Source: Phycisphaerales bacterium (GTDB taxonomy: Bacteria; Planctomycetota; Phycisphaerae; Phycisphaerales; UBA1924). Taken from it: 64,000 nt of DNA. The position numbers and the translations under genes were made by a program. The stretch spans positions 320,001 through 384,000 of the forward strand of contig OZ245777.1 in the NCBI GenBank assembly GCA_965227775.1. The letters run 5' to 3'. Shown here one piece after another: positions 48,345-57,848 of this stretch. The notes under the pieces are model-generated. The model saw only the letters and a program-made list of their open reading frames with translations, ran no database searches and was not told the origin of the DNA. Numbering within the stretch: position 1 is the stretch's first letter; every line of letters begins with the position of its first letter.

Positions 48345-48437
48345 GTCGTCGTTCATGCCAGGCTTTCTCTCGGCGATCCGGCTCGTTCCGGATCGCCGAT
48401 TTCGTGCGCGCTCGCTTGTCGAAGGCAACAATCGCCC

Positions 48438-49076
48438 ATGCCAGAGGCCACCAACAGCGAGCAGCAGCACGCCAGGGCGAGGCTGCTCGCACACCTCGTA
48501 GGCGTCATGGTGTGCGAGGCGGGCGCCGAGCCCTGCAGGCTGGTCGTTGCCGAATCGGGAGGTTCGGTCACGCTACCCATGCACCACGAGTTCGACGAGG
48601 CCGGCCGTTGGTCCTTTGCCGCGCCAAAGGAACTAGACCCCGCAATCGAGCTCTCGCTCGAGCCACTGGGTTCGCCCGACGAACTGCCCGAACCAGCCGA
48701 GATCGAAGCCGACCGCTGGCTGGCGTACCACGGCTCGACGCCGCCCGCATGTCGGCTGGTGTCGCTTGCGGTCTCGTTCGCCCGGTACGCAGACGCAGAT
48801 GGGCGAACCCAGGTAGCCGAGGACATATTGACGCCCAACCCCCTTCGATCGAGCATGCCGGCGCTGTGCAAGCTCCTCAATAGCGAGAAGGCGAGGCTGG
48901 CCGAGGCGTGCGCCCGCGCTACGGGCGTGCGACCCGAGTCGCCCCTTGCAGTTGGCATCGATGAATGGGGCGTGCACGTGAAGGCCGCGTTCGACGTGCT
49001 GCGGCTGGAGTTCAGCGAGCCGGTCAGGGAAGAAGCCGCCGCGGGAGCGGCGATCGAGGGGGTGCTTGGTGGGTGA
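48438..49076 (+). CDS. HugZ/DUF2470-like protein
   Basis: C-terminal NPL...LCK.LN...VGIDEWGVHV...LRLEF.EPV pattern. Confidence 0.5.
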   Translation: MPEATNSEQQHARARLLAHLVGVMVCEAGAEPCRLVVAESGGSVTLPMHHEFDEAGRWSFAAPKELDPAIELSLEPLGSPDELPEPAEIEADRWLAYHGSTPPACRLVSLAVSFARYADADGRTQVAEDILTPNPLRSSMPALCKLLNSEKARLAEACARATGVRPESPLAVGIDEWGVHVKAAFDVLRLEFSEPVREEAAAGAAIEGVLGG

Positions 49077-50322
49077 GCGGCCTGCGCACAAGCCAGCGAG
49101 CATGCGAGAAGCCCATGCGCACGTGCTGGCGCACGGGCGAGCAATGGACATGGTGCAACTCGATGCGTGCAACTCAGCACAGGAGATGCTCGACGCGATT
49201 GCTGATGGATCGGCCGGCCGACAAACCGTCCTCGCGCACGGCGCCCGGCCGGAGGCGTGGATCGAACCCGGCTGGCCGACGCTCGACCAGCTCGACCAAT
49301 CGAGCCCGGAAGCAAGCGTCGCGGCGTGGTGCTTCGACTACCACGCCATCATGTTGAACTCTCGCGCGCTCGAGGCGATCGGTGTGGGAATCGACACACC
49401 CGACCCCGAGGGTGGCCAGATCGGCCGCACGCCGGACGGCTCGCTCACCGGCGTGCTCTACGAAGCTGCCGCCGGCATGGCTTGGAGCCAGCTCGAGCCC
49501 AAGGGCATCGATCGGGACGCACTCCTGCGAGCCCTGGAGGATCTGTCTAGCCACGGCTTCAGCCACGTGCACGACCTGAAGGCCCAGCCGGGCCTGGGCG
49601 AGGCGCTCGCGGCAATCCCGTTCAAGGGCGAGTTGCACTTTACGCTGTACCCGCTCGTCAATGACCTTTCAGAAGTGCTCAAGACCCGGCGGGATTGGGA
49701 GTCCGACCAGGTTCGCCTGGGTGGAGGCAAGATCTTCGTCGACGGCACGCTCAACAGCCGCACTGCTTGGATGCTCCATCCGTTTGCCGATGGGCGGGCC
49801 GAGCACCCCGCGGGCATGCAGCTCATGAGCGACAAGGCCATCGAAGATGCGATCCGGCTGTGCGTCGGCGAGGGGCTGCAGCTTGCCGCTCACGCCATCG
49901 GCGATGCGGCGGTGCGCGCGGTGCTTGACGCGGCCGAGCGGGCGCGGGCGCCTCGGGGGTCGGTGCGAATTGAGCACGCAGAGCTCATCGACGGGGCCGA
50001 CGTGCCACGATTCGCGGAGCTTGGGGTCATCGCGAGCGTGCAGCCGTGCCACTTGCTGTACGACATCGAGGCCCTTCGGCGAGCCTGCCCCGATCGGCTC
50101 GATCGCGTATTGCCCGTGCGTGAGCTGATCGACAGCGGCCTGAAGCCGGGCCGCGACATCCTCTTCGGCAGCGACACGCCCATCGTCCGGCCCGATCCGG
50201 AGGACTCGATCCTCGCGGCGACGAATCGTGGGCGCGCTGATATGGCGCTCGAAGACGGCATCGCCCCCGGCCAGGCGATCAGCGAGGCGGAGGCGTGGGC
50301 GTGCTTTGATGCAAACACCTGA
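49066..50322 (+). CDS. Amidohydrolase family 3 (YtcJ-like)
   Basis: EAHAH, KIFVDGTLNSRTA, HAIGDAA, RIEHAE, SVQP.H, FGSDTP. Confidence 0.85.
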   Translation: MVGERPAHKPASMREAHAHVLAHGRAMDMVQLDACNSAQEMLDAIADGSAGRQTVLAHGARPEAWIEPGWPTLDQLDQSSPEASVAAWCFDYHAIMLNSRALEAIGVGIDTPDPEGGQIGRTPDGSLTGVLYEAAAGMAWSQLEPKGIDRDALLRALEDLSSHGFSHVHDLKAQPGLGEALAAIPFKGELHFTLYPLVNDLSEVLKTRRDWESDQVRLGGGKIFVDGTLNSRTAWMLHPFADGRAEHPAGMQLMSDKAIEDAIRLCVGEGLQLAAHAIGDAAVRAVLDAAERARAPRGSVRIEHAELIDGADVPRFAELGVIASVQPCHLLYDIEALRRACPDRLDRVLPVRELIDSGLKPGRDILFGSDTPIVRPDPEDSILAATNRGRADMALEDGIAPGQAISEAEAWACFDANT

Positions 50323-50328
50323 AGCGTC

Positions 50329-51708
50329 CTACGGGCAGCCGGTGACGAAGATGTTCTGGAACACGAGGAAGTCGAAGATGGTCAACTCACCGTCTCGGTC
50401 AAAATCGGCCTGGAAATCCCCGGCATCGAACAGGATCTGGAACACCAAGAAGTCGAAGAACGTCAATTCCCCATCGCCGTCAAGATCAGCCAAGCAATCG
50501 CCCGCACATCCATCGAGCCGCGCGACGTGGTTGACCTCGTCGCCGTCGATCTCGATGAAGGCACCGCCCGCGTAGAGCTTGCGTCCGCCTCCATCGTCGT
50601 AGGTGGTAAGGGCGTAGACGGGGGCCTCGAGCCCATCGCCGACGGCCGCCCACTCGCTGCCGTTCCAGCGGGCGAGATAGTTGGTCACCAGGCCGTCGGC
50701 CATGGTGAGAACACCGCCTACGAACAGTTCGGGGCCTCTGCCGGCATCGTGCACCGCCATCGCCTGCACGGCCGGAGCGGTTGAGGTCGTGCTCTGGACG
50801 CCGGCACCCAACGGCTGCCATTCCCGGCCATTCCACTGTGCGATGTTGGTCAGTTGCAGAGCGCTGCCGCCGGCGGGACCATCGAAGTCGCCCCCGGCCA
50901 CGAGCACGGGCCCGGTACCGTCGTCGTACACCGCCAGCGACACGACCGCCGGCCGCCCGCTAACTTCCGTCAGCCCAGTTCCGACGGGTGACCAAGCGTC
51001 GCCATCCCAGTGTGCGATGTTGAAGGCTGTCTGCCCGCCCGCGACCGAGAATCGACCGGCGGCGTAGAGCGCGGGCCCGGTGCCGTCGTCGTGCACCGCC
51101 ATCGCCCTGACCGCACCGGTGACGCCGCCGCCAACGTCCGACCACGCGAGCCCGTCCCACCGAGCGATGCCCGTAACGGGCACGCCCCCCGCGGCGGTGA
51201 AGACCCCGCCAACGTACAAGGCCTCACCCGAGCCGTCATCAAACACCGCCATCGCGACGGCCGTGTCGTCGTCGGGATCGAAGCCGCCACCCACCGGCTC
51301 CCATCCAGTGGCTGGTGTCCACTTGGCGATGCGTTCTGCGGCTGCGCCGCCGGCCTCGAAGAAGCTGCCGCAGGCGTAGAGCGCGGGCCCGGAGCCGTCG
51401 TCGTAGACCGCAAGGTCGCGGGCCCCGGAGAACCACAGCCCCTCACCAAGGGGCGACCATCTCGCGCCGTCCCACTTCGCCACGCCGTACGCGACCCCGC
51501 CGCCAGCCTGCTGGAAGTCTCCTCCAGCGTACAGGGACGGTCCCGTGCCATCGTCGTAGACCTCGAGCGTCTGGACGCTGGGGTCGAAGCCGCCCTGGGT
51601 CCCGCCGCCGAGGCCGGACCACGTGCAATCCTGCCCGGCAGCAACTCCTCCGAGCATCGCGAAAACCAAAACGCCCGAGCACACTCGACGCCGATCGGTG
51701 GTTCGCAT
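50329..51708 (-). CDS. Secreted beta-propeller repeat protein with C-terminal dockerin-like 'GC' tail
   Basis: Seven repeats of 'AVyDDGtGpaLYaGG.F..AGG.....iArWdG..WspvG.G'; tail DLDGDGELTFFDFLVFQ...GCP. Confidence 0.85.
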   Translation of the reverse strand: MRTTDRRRVCSGVLVFAMLGGVAAGQDCTWSGLGGGTQGGFDPSVQTLEVYDDGTGPSLYAGGDFQQAGGGVAYGVAKWDGARWSPLGEGLWFSGARDLAVYDDGSGPALYACGSFFEAGGAAAERIAKWTPATGWEPVGGGFDPDDDTAVAMAVFDDGSGEALYVGGVFTAAGGVPVTGIARWDGLAWSDVGGGVTGAVRAMAVHDDGTGPALYAAGRFSVAGGQTAFNIAHWDGDAWSPVGTGLTEVSGRPAVVSLAVYDDGTGPVLVAGGDFDGPAGGSALQLTNIAQWNGREWQPLGAGVQSTTSTAPAVQAMAVHDAGRGPELFVGGVLTMADGLVTNYLARWNGSEWAAVGDGLEAPVYALTTYDDGGGRKLYAGGAFIEIDGDEVNHVARLDGCAGDCLADLDGDGELTFFDFLVFQILFDAGDFQADFDRDGELTIFDFLVFQNIFVTGCP

Positions 51709-51833
51709 TCTCGATGCCCTCCCTCTGTTAGAGATACGGCGTTCTACGAAACCATGTTGCGGCTTTCCAGATATCCAAACACGATCCAATCAGTTGGATT
51801 CGGAGGCGCACGACCGCTCCCTAGACTTGCTGC

Positions 51834-54050
51834 ATGCCACCGCGTTCCTTCGAGATCGTCAGCAGCTTCAAACCCATGGGCGACCAGCCCTCGGCGATCG
51901 AGGCGCTGACGGAGCGGCTGTCTGCGGGTGCCGACGCCGCCACGCTGCTGGGGGCTACGGGCACGGGCAAGACGTTCACCATGGCCAACGTCATCGAGCG
52001 TCTTGGCAAGCCCACGCTCATCATCAGCCACAACAAGACGCTGGCGGCCCAGCTGTACGAGGAGCTCAAGGAGTTCCTGCCGCACAACAGCGTGAACTAC
52101 TTTGTCAGCTACTACGACTACTACCAGCCCGAGGCGTACATCCCCCAGCGGGACATCTACATCGAGAAGGACGCGAGCAGGAACGAAGACCTCGACCAGC
52201 TCCGCCTGGCCGCGACGAGCAACATCCTGAGCCGGCGGGACACGGTGGTGGTTGCCAGCGTGTCGTGCATCTTCGGTCTGGGTTCGCCCGAGGCGTATGG
52301 CGAGAAAGTGCTGACCTTCAGCAAGGGCGTGCGCGTCGATCGCCGACAGTTGTTCGCATCGCTCACGGCGATGCAATACAAGCGGAGCGATTACGAGTTC
52401 AGCCGCGGCCGCTTCCGGGCGCGGGGCGACGTCATCGAGGTGTGGCCCGCTTCGGAGCGGTTTGCCGTCAGGCTCGACCTGTTTGGCGACGAGCTCGACC
52501 GCCTGGAGCTGATCAACCCGACCAGCGGCGAGGTGCTGGCCGAAGAGGACACGTTCCACCTCTTCCCGGCGGTGCACTACGTGCTGCCCGAGGAGCAGCT
52601 CGAGACGATCTGCGACGACATCACCCGAGAGCTGGACGCCCGCGTGCTCGAGCTCCGCAGCGACGGCAGGCTGCTCGAGGCCCAGCGGCTGCTGGCTCGC
52701 ACGAAGTACGACCTCGACCTGCTCCGCGAGACCGGCAGCTGCCCGGGCGTGGAGAACTACAGCCGCTTCTTCGATGGCCGCATGCCCGGCGAGCGGCCTT
52801 TCACGCTACTCGACTACTTCGACTACGCGCCGCGGCCGGGCATGGGCGAGGCGTCGATGCTGCCTCGCGCCGAGACGAGCGACCAGCTGGTGCAGCGAGA
52901 CGACGGGCGCCGGTCGGGGCGGCCCAACATCGACGACTGGCTGGTCATCATTGATGAGAGCCACGTGACGCTGCCACAGGTGCGGGCGATGTTCAACGGC
53001 GACCGCATGCGTAAGGAGACGCTCGTCGAGCACGGCTTCCGCCTGACCAGCGCCCTCGACAACCGGCCGATGCGGTTCGAGGAGTTCGAGCGGATGGTGC
53101 CGCAGTTGCTGTTCGTCAGCGCAACGCCGGGGCCGTACGAGCTCGAACGCACGGGCGGAGAGATCGCCGAACAGGTCATCCGCCCAACAGGCCTACTGGA
53201 CCCGGGCGTCAAGGTGAAGCCCGCCGACGGACAGGTGCCCGACCTACTGGAAGAGTGCAAGGCTGCGGTCGCGCGCGGCGACCGCGTGCTCGTCACGGCC
53301 CTCACCAAGCGGCTCTGCGAGGACCTCGCGAGCTACCTTGACCAGAACGGACTTCGCACGCGCTACCTGCACAGCGACATCGAGACGCTCGAGCGGCTCG
53401 AGATCATCACCGACCTGCGCGAGGGCGCCTTCGACGTGCTCGTGGGCGTGAACCTGCTGCGCGAGGGCCTCGATCTGCCCGAAGTGTCCCTCGTCGCCAT
53501 CCTCGACGCCGATAAGGAGGGCTTCCTGCGGAGCCCGACGAGCCTGATCCAGCTCATGGGCCGGGCGGCCCGCAACGTGAACGGCCGGGTCGTGATGTAC
53601 GCCGACACGATCACTCCCGGCATGCGCGACGCGCTGGACGAGACCGACCGCCGCCGCGAGAAGCAGACCGCCTACAACGAAGAGATGGGCATCACGCCCG
53701 CGACGATCAAGAAGGAGATCCGCCGCGGCATCGAGATGCAGCTCCGCGCGCGCAAGACGGCTCGGGAGGCGGCCGGCAGCGCCGAGGAGGCCTTCGACAT
53801 CGCCGAGCTGTTGCGCGAGATCGAGGCCGAGATGCTCGAGGCCGCCCAGTCGCTCGAGTTCGAGAAGGCCGCCCGCCTGCGAGACCAGGCACGCAAGCTC
53901 AAGGAGCGCATTGCTCAAGGCGACACGGCGAAGGTCCGGCGGAGCGAACTGGACGAAGGCAAGCAGAACAAGCGCCAGCGCCGCAGCCGCAGCGGAAAGC
54001 CCGGTACCCCTGGCAGCAAGCCGACCCGGCGGAAGAAGCGGACTTCCTAG
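51834..54050 (+). CDS. uvrB: Excinuclease ABC subunit B
   Basis: GATGTGKT, HNKTLAAQL, YYDYYQPEAY, DESH, NLLREGLDLPEV, GRAARN, UVR domain LEFEKAARLRD. Confidence 0.97.
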   Translation: MPPRSFEIVSSFKPMGDQPSAIEALTERLSAGADAATLLGATGTGKTFTMANVIERLGKPTLIISHNKTLAAQLYEELKEFLPHNSVNYFVSYYDYYQPEAYIPQRDIYIEKDASRNEDLDQLRLAATSNILSRRDTVVVASVSCIFGLGSPEAYGEKVLTFSKGVRVDRRQLFASLTAMQYKRSDYEFSRGRFRARGDVIEVWPASERFAVRLDLFGDELDRLELINPTSGEVLAEEDTFHLFPAVHYVLPEEQLETICDDITRELDARVLELRSDGRLLEAQRLLARTKYDLDLLRETGSCPGVENYSRFFDGRMPGERPFTLLDYFDYAPRPGMGEASMLPRAETSDQLVQRDDGRRSGRPNIDDWLVIIDESHVTLPQVRAMFNGDRMRKETLVEHGFRLTSALDNRPMRFEEFERMVPQLLFVSATPGPYELERTGGEIAEQVIRPTGLLDPGVKVKPADGQVPDLLEECKAAVARGDRVLVTALTKRLCEDLASYLDQNGLRTRYLHSDIETLERLEIITDLREGAFDVLVGVNLLREGLDLPEVSLVAILDADKEGFLRSPTSLIQLMGRAARNVNGRVVMYADTITPGMRDALDETDRRREKQTAYNEEMGITPATIKKEIRRGIEMQLRARKTAREAAGSAEEAFDIAELLREIEAEMLEAAQSLEFEKAARLRDQARKLKERIAQGDTAKVRRSELDEGKQNKRQRRSRSGKPGTPGSKPTRRKKRTS

Positions 54051-54065
54051 AGATCACAACGCACG

Positions 54066-54227
54066 ATGGACCGACGCGAAAAGCTCAAGACCTACTTCAC
54101 CGGGTTCGGGATCGGCTTGATCCTCGTTGGCTTCATCGTGTATGCCCGCTGGCGGTTCGCGCAGGCGAACCCGCCACCCCCACCACCGCAGCAACAGCCC
54201 CAACAACAGCCACAACAGACGCCCTAG
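54066..54227 (+). CDS. Small single-TM protein (53 aa) with Pro/Gln tail
   Basis: MDRREKLKTYFTGFGIGLILVGFIVYARWRFAQANPPPPPPQQQPQQQPQQTP*; below the ORF-track cutoff; exactly fills the uvrB-nnrD gap. Confidence 0.7.
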   Translation: MDRREKLKTYFTGFGIGLILVGFIVYARWRFAQANPPPPPPQQQPQQQPQQTP

Positions 54228-55183
54228 CCACGCAGCGTGGTTACGGCCTCGGGGATCTGGTCGGCCAGGTCCGTGGGCGTGAGGCCCGCGCTGGCGTTGT
54301 GCCGCTCGCGCCAGAGCCTGGCGGCCTGAGCGTGTGCGACGACTGCGCACCTGGCGATCTCGAACAGCGTGAGCTTGCCGTCGTCGCCCATGTGCTTCAC
54401 CCGCTCGCCGAGCTTGGCACGAGCGAGCTCGTGCGTCACGGGGCGCGCGTGCTGGGCGATGAGCCCGCCGATGAGACCCGCGAGCACGTCGCCCGCGCCG
54501 CCGGTCGCGAGCGCCGAGTCGGCGGTGTCGTCGCTCCACGTCTGGATGCCGTCGCTGACCACCGTCCGGGCACCCTTGAGCACCACGACGCAACCGAGCC
54601 GCTGGGCGAGTTGCTCGGCTGCCTGCTGCCTGTGAGCGTCGTCCGTGGCGTTCGTGTCCATGCCGAGGGCGCTCGCGAGCCGCGCGAATTCGCCCGGGTG
54701 GGGCGTGAACACGGCGGGGGCGTTGAAGTCGAGGGCGAGCTGCGGTGTTTCGGCCAACTCGTTCAACGCATCGGCATCGATGACGACGGGCGTGAGCTTC
54801 TGCTGAATCGCCCGTAAGGCCAACGCCGCTGGGCCCGGTCCGCGACCGAGACCCGGACCGATGACGATCGCATCTGCAATGTCGACAGCCTCATCGAAGG
54901 TGGCGACCGCCTCGCTCGCGAGCACCGCGCCGTCTGCTTCGGTCTGCAGCGCCCGACCGGTTGCCTGGCTCGCAATCGAGAGCACCTCATTGAGCACGCC
55001 CTCGGGGCACAGCAACTGCACGAGCCCGGCACCGCTGCGCGTCGCCGCGAGAGCCGCGAGCGCCGGGGCGCCGATCATCCGCGTGGACGACAGCGCACAC
55101 CCGCCGACGACGGCAACGCGACCAAAATCGCCCTTGTGGCCGGTGGTCGCTCGCGGCGGCAGGATTGGCTTGCCCAGCGCCAT
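54224..55183 (-). CDS. nnrD: NAD(P)H-hydrate dehydratase
   Basis: HKGDFG, IGPGLG, VIDADAL, TPHPGEF, VLKGA, LATGGAGDVLAG. Confidence 0.9.
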   Translation of the reverse strand: MALGKPILPPRATTGHKGDFGRVAVVGGCALSSTRMIGAPALAALAATRSGAGLVQLLCPEGVLNEVLSIASQATGRALQTEADGAVLASEAVATFDEAVDIADAIVIGPGLGRGPGPAALALRAIQQKLTPVVIDADALNELAETPQLALDFNAPAVFTPHPGEFARLASALGMDTNATDDAHRQQAAEQLAQRLGCVVVLKGARTVVSDGIQTWSDDTADSALATGGAGDVLAGLIGGLIAQHARPVTHELARAKLGERVKHMGDDGKLTLFEIARCAVVAHAQAARLWRERHNASAGLTPTDLADQIPEAVTTLRG

Positions 55184-56625
55184 CAGCGCGTCGCCTCGAC
55201 GTCGATCGAGATCGTTCCAAGCGTCGACGCGAGGCCGGCCCAGAGATCGTCAGGATCCGAGCCGTCCGAGAGCGAGAGGGCGATCTGGCACGCGTGCCGC
55301 GATCGCCGACGCTGCGTGGCGTCGAGATCAATCCACTGCTCGCCGGCTCCGTCCTCGACCAAAGCCTGCGTCCACACGTGGTAGACAAAGGCCGGCGGTG
55401 TGCCCGGCCCTCCGGGCTCGTAGATCAGCCCGGCGACGAGTTGCGAGGGGATGCCGTTCCCACGCAGCATCGCCGCGAGCAGCACGGCGTGCTCGGTGCA
55501 GTCACCCTCGCGGCTCTCGGCCGTCTCGGCGGCGCTGCCGAGCGCAACGCCCAGGGTTTTTCGATTGATGTAGCGATGCACAAACCCCCGCATGGCTTCG
55601 GCCCGTGCTGGGTCCGTCGCTGACGCGGGCAGCGACGCGACCGATCGCTCGGCCAGGCGTCGCACACGCTCGTCGTTGATTTCGAGCAGGTCGGTCGGTG
55701 CGAGCATCCGACGACGATCATCGTCGCCGAGTTCGACCCTTGCGCTCTCGGAATCGAGGTCGATCGCAACGCGAACCGAGCCATCGTCGAGCCGCTCGGA
55801 TCTCTGCACGGTCGTGGAGAGTGCGGGCGTGTCGGCGCTCCCCTTCAACAGAAACGACGCGGTTCGGAGACGCTCGTGGCCTCGGATCGCCCGCGAAGCG
55901 AACACACGCGTGGCGTCGATGAGATCCGGCGGGCGCGCCAGGGCTTGCCTCGCGGTCGCCTCATCACTCAGGATGATCTCCTGCGTCACGGCGCCGATGG
56001 CCGTCACCGCGCGCACGAGATTGCCGTCGGCGTCGAGCCACTCGTGCACGAGTCGATCCTCGTCGCCGCGACGCGTCTCGAATCGCACTGCCTCGATGGT
56101 CACGCCCAGCGCGTCGATCGCCTCCTGGCCCATGCGCGTGCGGCGGGTCGGGACGGGATCGAGACCGCTGAGCGGGTCGGCCACTTGTGTGCTGATCGAT
56201 TCGTCTCCCGCGGCGATGCGCTCGGCGAGGTACCGCCGCTCGGCGTCCGGGCCGATGTACAACCCGTCGGGCGCGGGCTTGATCGTCTCTTGGCCATCGT
56301 GCTCGATTCGGGCGGTGCGTCCGTCGAAGCGCCAAGTCGTCACCTCGTCGCGGTCGCCCTCGATGCGGCGGCGCATGCTGCTGAGGTTACCGTGGTCGAA
56401 CTCGATGACCTCACACTCGAACGCGGTGACCACAACCGCGCCCTGCCGACCGACAGCGACGCGCATGGCGGTGGTCGTGGTGATGAGGTCGCCGGCTTCT
56501 TGCCGCTCGATGGTCATCCAGCCAGCGGGCTGGCCCTGGAGCTCGACCACGTACCACCGAGTTTGCGCGATCGCGCTCGTGGAAAGTGCAACTACGAGGC
56601 CCACCATGGCCGCCAACCGGAGCAT
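55183..56625 (-). CDS. Exported transglutaminase-like (Cys-His-Asp) protein
   Basis: Signal peptide; GDCTEHAVLL, YHVWTQ, WIDLDAT. Confidence 0.85.
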   Translation of the reverse strand: MLRLAAMVGLVVALSTSAIAQTRWYVVELQGQPAGWMTIERQEAGDLITTTTAMRVAVGRQGAVVVTAFECEVIEFDHGNLSSMRRRIEGDRDEVTTWRFDGRTARIEHDGQETIKPAPDGLYIGPDAERRYLAERIAAGDESISTQVADPLSGLDPVPTRRTRMGQEAIDALGVTIEAVRFETRRGDEDRLVHEWLDADGNLVRAVTAIGAVTQEIILSDEATARQALARPPDLIDATRVFASRAIRGHERLRTASFLLKGSADTPALSTTVQRSERLDDGSVRVAIDLDSESARVELGDDDRRRMLAPTDLLEINDERVRRLAERSVASLPASATDPARAEAMRGFVHRYINRKTLGVALGSAAETAESREGDCTEHAVLLAAMLRGNGIPSQLVAGLIYEPGGPGTPPAFVYHVWTQALVEDGAGEQWIDLDATQRRRSRHACQIALSLSDGSDPDDLWAGLASTLGTISIDVEATR

Positions 56626-56675
56626 GGGTCATCGTAGTGGGCATCGTGCCGGGCTGGCAGGGGGTACGGTTGCCG

Positions 56676-57488
56676 GTGATCGATACGCACTGCCACCTGA
56701 CGTTCCCACAATTCGAGGGAAGGGTCGACGAGGAACTCGCCGAGGCTGCCCGCCACGGCGTCACCGGCTGCGTCACCATCAGCACGACGCCAATGAACGC
56801 GCTCGAGTGCCTGAACCTCGCGATGCGCTACCCCAACGTGTGGTCGAGCGCGGGCGTGCATCCGCTGTATGCGGCGGAAGGGCCGTTCGACCTCACGCCG
56901 CTGCGGCACTGCATCGCCCAGGATCGCTGCGTGGCGTGGGGCGAGATGGGGCTGGACAACCACTACAGCGATCCGCCGAGATCTCTGCAAGAGCCGGTGC
57001 TCATGCAGCAGCTCGCGCTCATACGAGAGATCGACCAGCCCAAGAGGGGTAAGACGATGGCTGGGGCTGGCAAGCCGATCGTGCTGCACTGCCGCGAGGC
57101 CTTCGATGATCTGATTCCGATTCTGAAGGACAGCGGCATCGCCGGAGAGCGATTCGTGTTCCATTGCTTCACGGCCGGACCGACCGAGGCGAAACAGGTG
57201 CTCGACTTGGGCGCGATGATCAGCTTCACCGGCGTCGCAACATACAACAACGCCCCAGAAGTGATGGCGGCGGCGGTGCTGACCCCGAGCGACCGGATCA
57301 TGGTCGAGACTGACGCCCCCTACCTGAGCCCGCAGCCCGTGCGCGGCCAGCGGCCGTGCCGGCCTTGGATGGTGTCACTGACGGCCAAGTTCATCGCCGA
57401 GGCTCGCGGGGAGCCTTTGGAAGAATTCGATCGCACGACGGACGCGAACGCTGGTCGCTTCTTTGGCATCGAAAACCCGGGTGCATGA
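56676..57488 (+). CDS. tatD: TatD-family nuclease
   Basis: IDTHCHL, GVHP, GEMGLD, LHCREA, FHCFT, ETDAPYL. Confidence 0.92.
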   Translation: MIDTHCHLTFPQFEGRVDEELAEAARHGVTGCVTISTTPMNALECLNLAMRYPNVWSSAGVHPLYAAEGPFDLTPLRHCIAQDRCVAWGEMGLDNHYSDPPRSLQEPVLMQQLALIREIDQPKRGKTMAGAGKPIVLHCREAFDDLIPILKDSGIAGERFVFHCFTAGPTEAKQVLDLGAMISFTGVATYNNAPEVMAAAVLTPSDRIMVETDAPYLSPQPVRGQRPCRPWMVSLTAKFIAEARGEPLEEFDRTTDANAGRFFGIENPGA

Positions 57489-57506
57489 GCCCCGATGCCG
57501 TGCTGA

Positions 57507-57848
57507 CTATCGCGTTCGGATCCGCCGGTGGTACGCGTAGGAACCGCCCGCGTAGTTGTACCCGGTTGGCCGGTAGTACGACCGGCCGAACGCGGCGTTC
57601 GGGCTGTACGTGTACGTGCCCGTGTTGCGGTTTACCGTGTACGGCGAAGCCGAGCGATACGCGTACGTTGACGGCTGGTAGGTGTTCCGGCGGCCAAAGT
57701 GGCCACCGGTGTGACGGTTGCTGCCCACCCCCATGTTGAGCCGCGTGTTGAAGTCGAGCGCGTACTGCGCAACGACGACCGTGGCGCTAAACGCCAGAAC
57801 AACGCACGCGCCGGCGATGAGCCACATCTTTGTATGACGGCCTCGCAT
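57507..57848 (-). CDS. Secreted Tyr/Arg/Gly-rich small protein (113 aa)
   Basis: ATG overlaps the FKBP stop (TGATG); signal peptide ending VVVA|Q; low-complexity mature part. Confidence 0.65.
   Translation of the reverse strand: MRGRHTKMWLIAGACVVLAFSATVVVAQYALDFNTRLNMGVGSNRHTGGHFGRRNTYQPSTYAYRSASPYTVNRNTGTYTYSPNAAFGRSYYRPTGYNYAGGSYAYHRRIRTR

Noticed and set aside
47807..48501. Repetitive alternative-frame ORFs (RVAFF..., RRPPGRR..., CECRSC...)
   Set aside because: Frame and strand shadows of the Lys/Arg repeat gene, which is the frame with the RBS.
52815..52935. Intein in uvrB
   Set aside because: The insert is far too short and lacks the N-terminal Cys/Ser and C-terminal His-Asn splice motifs.
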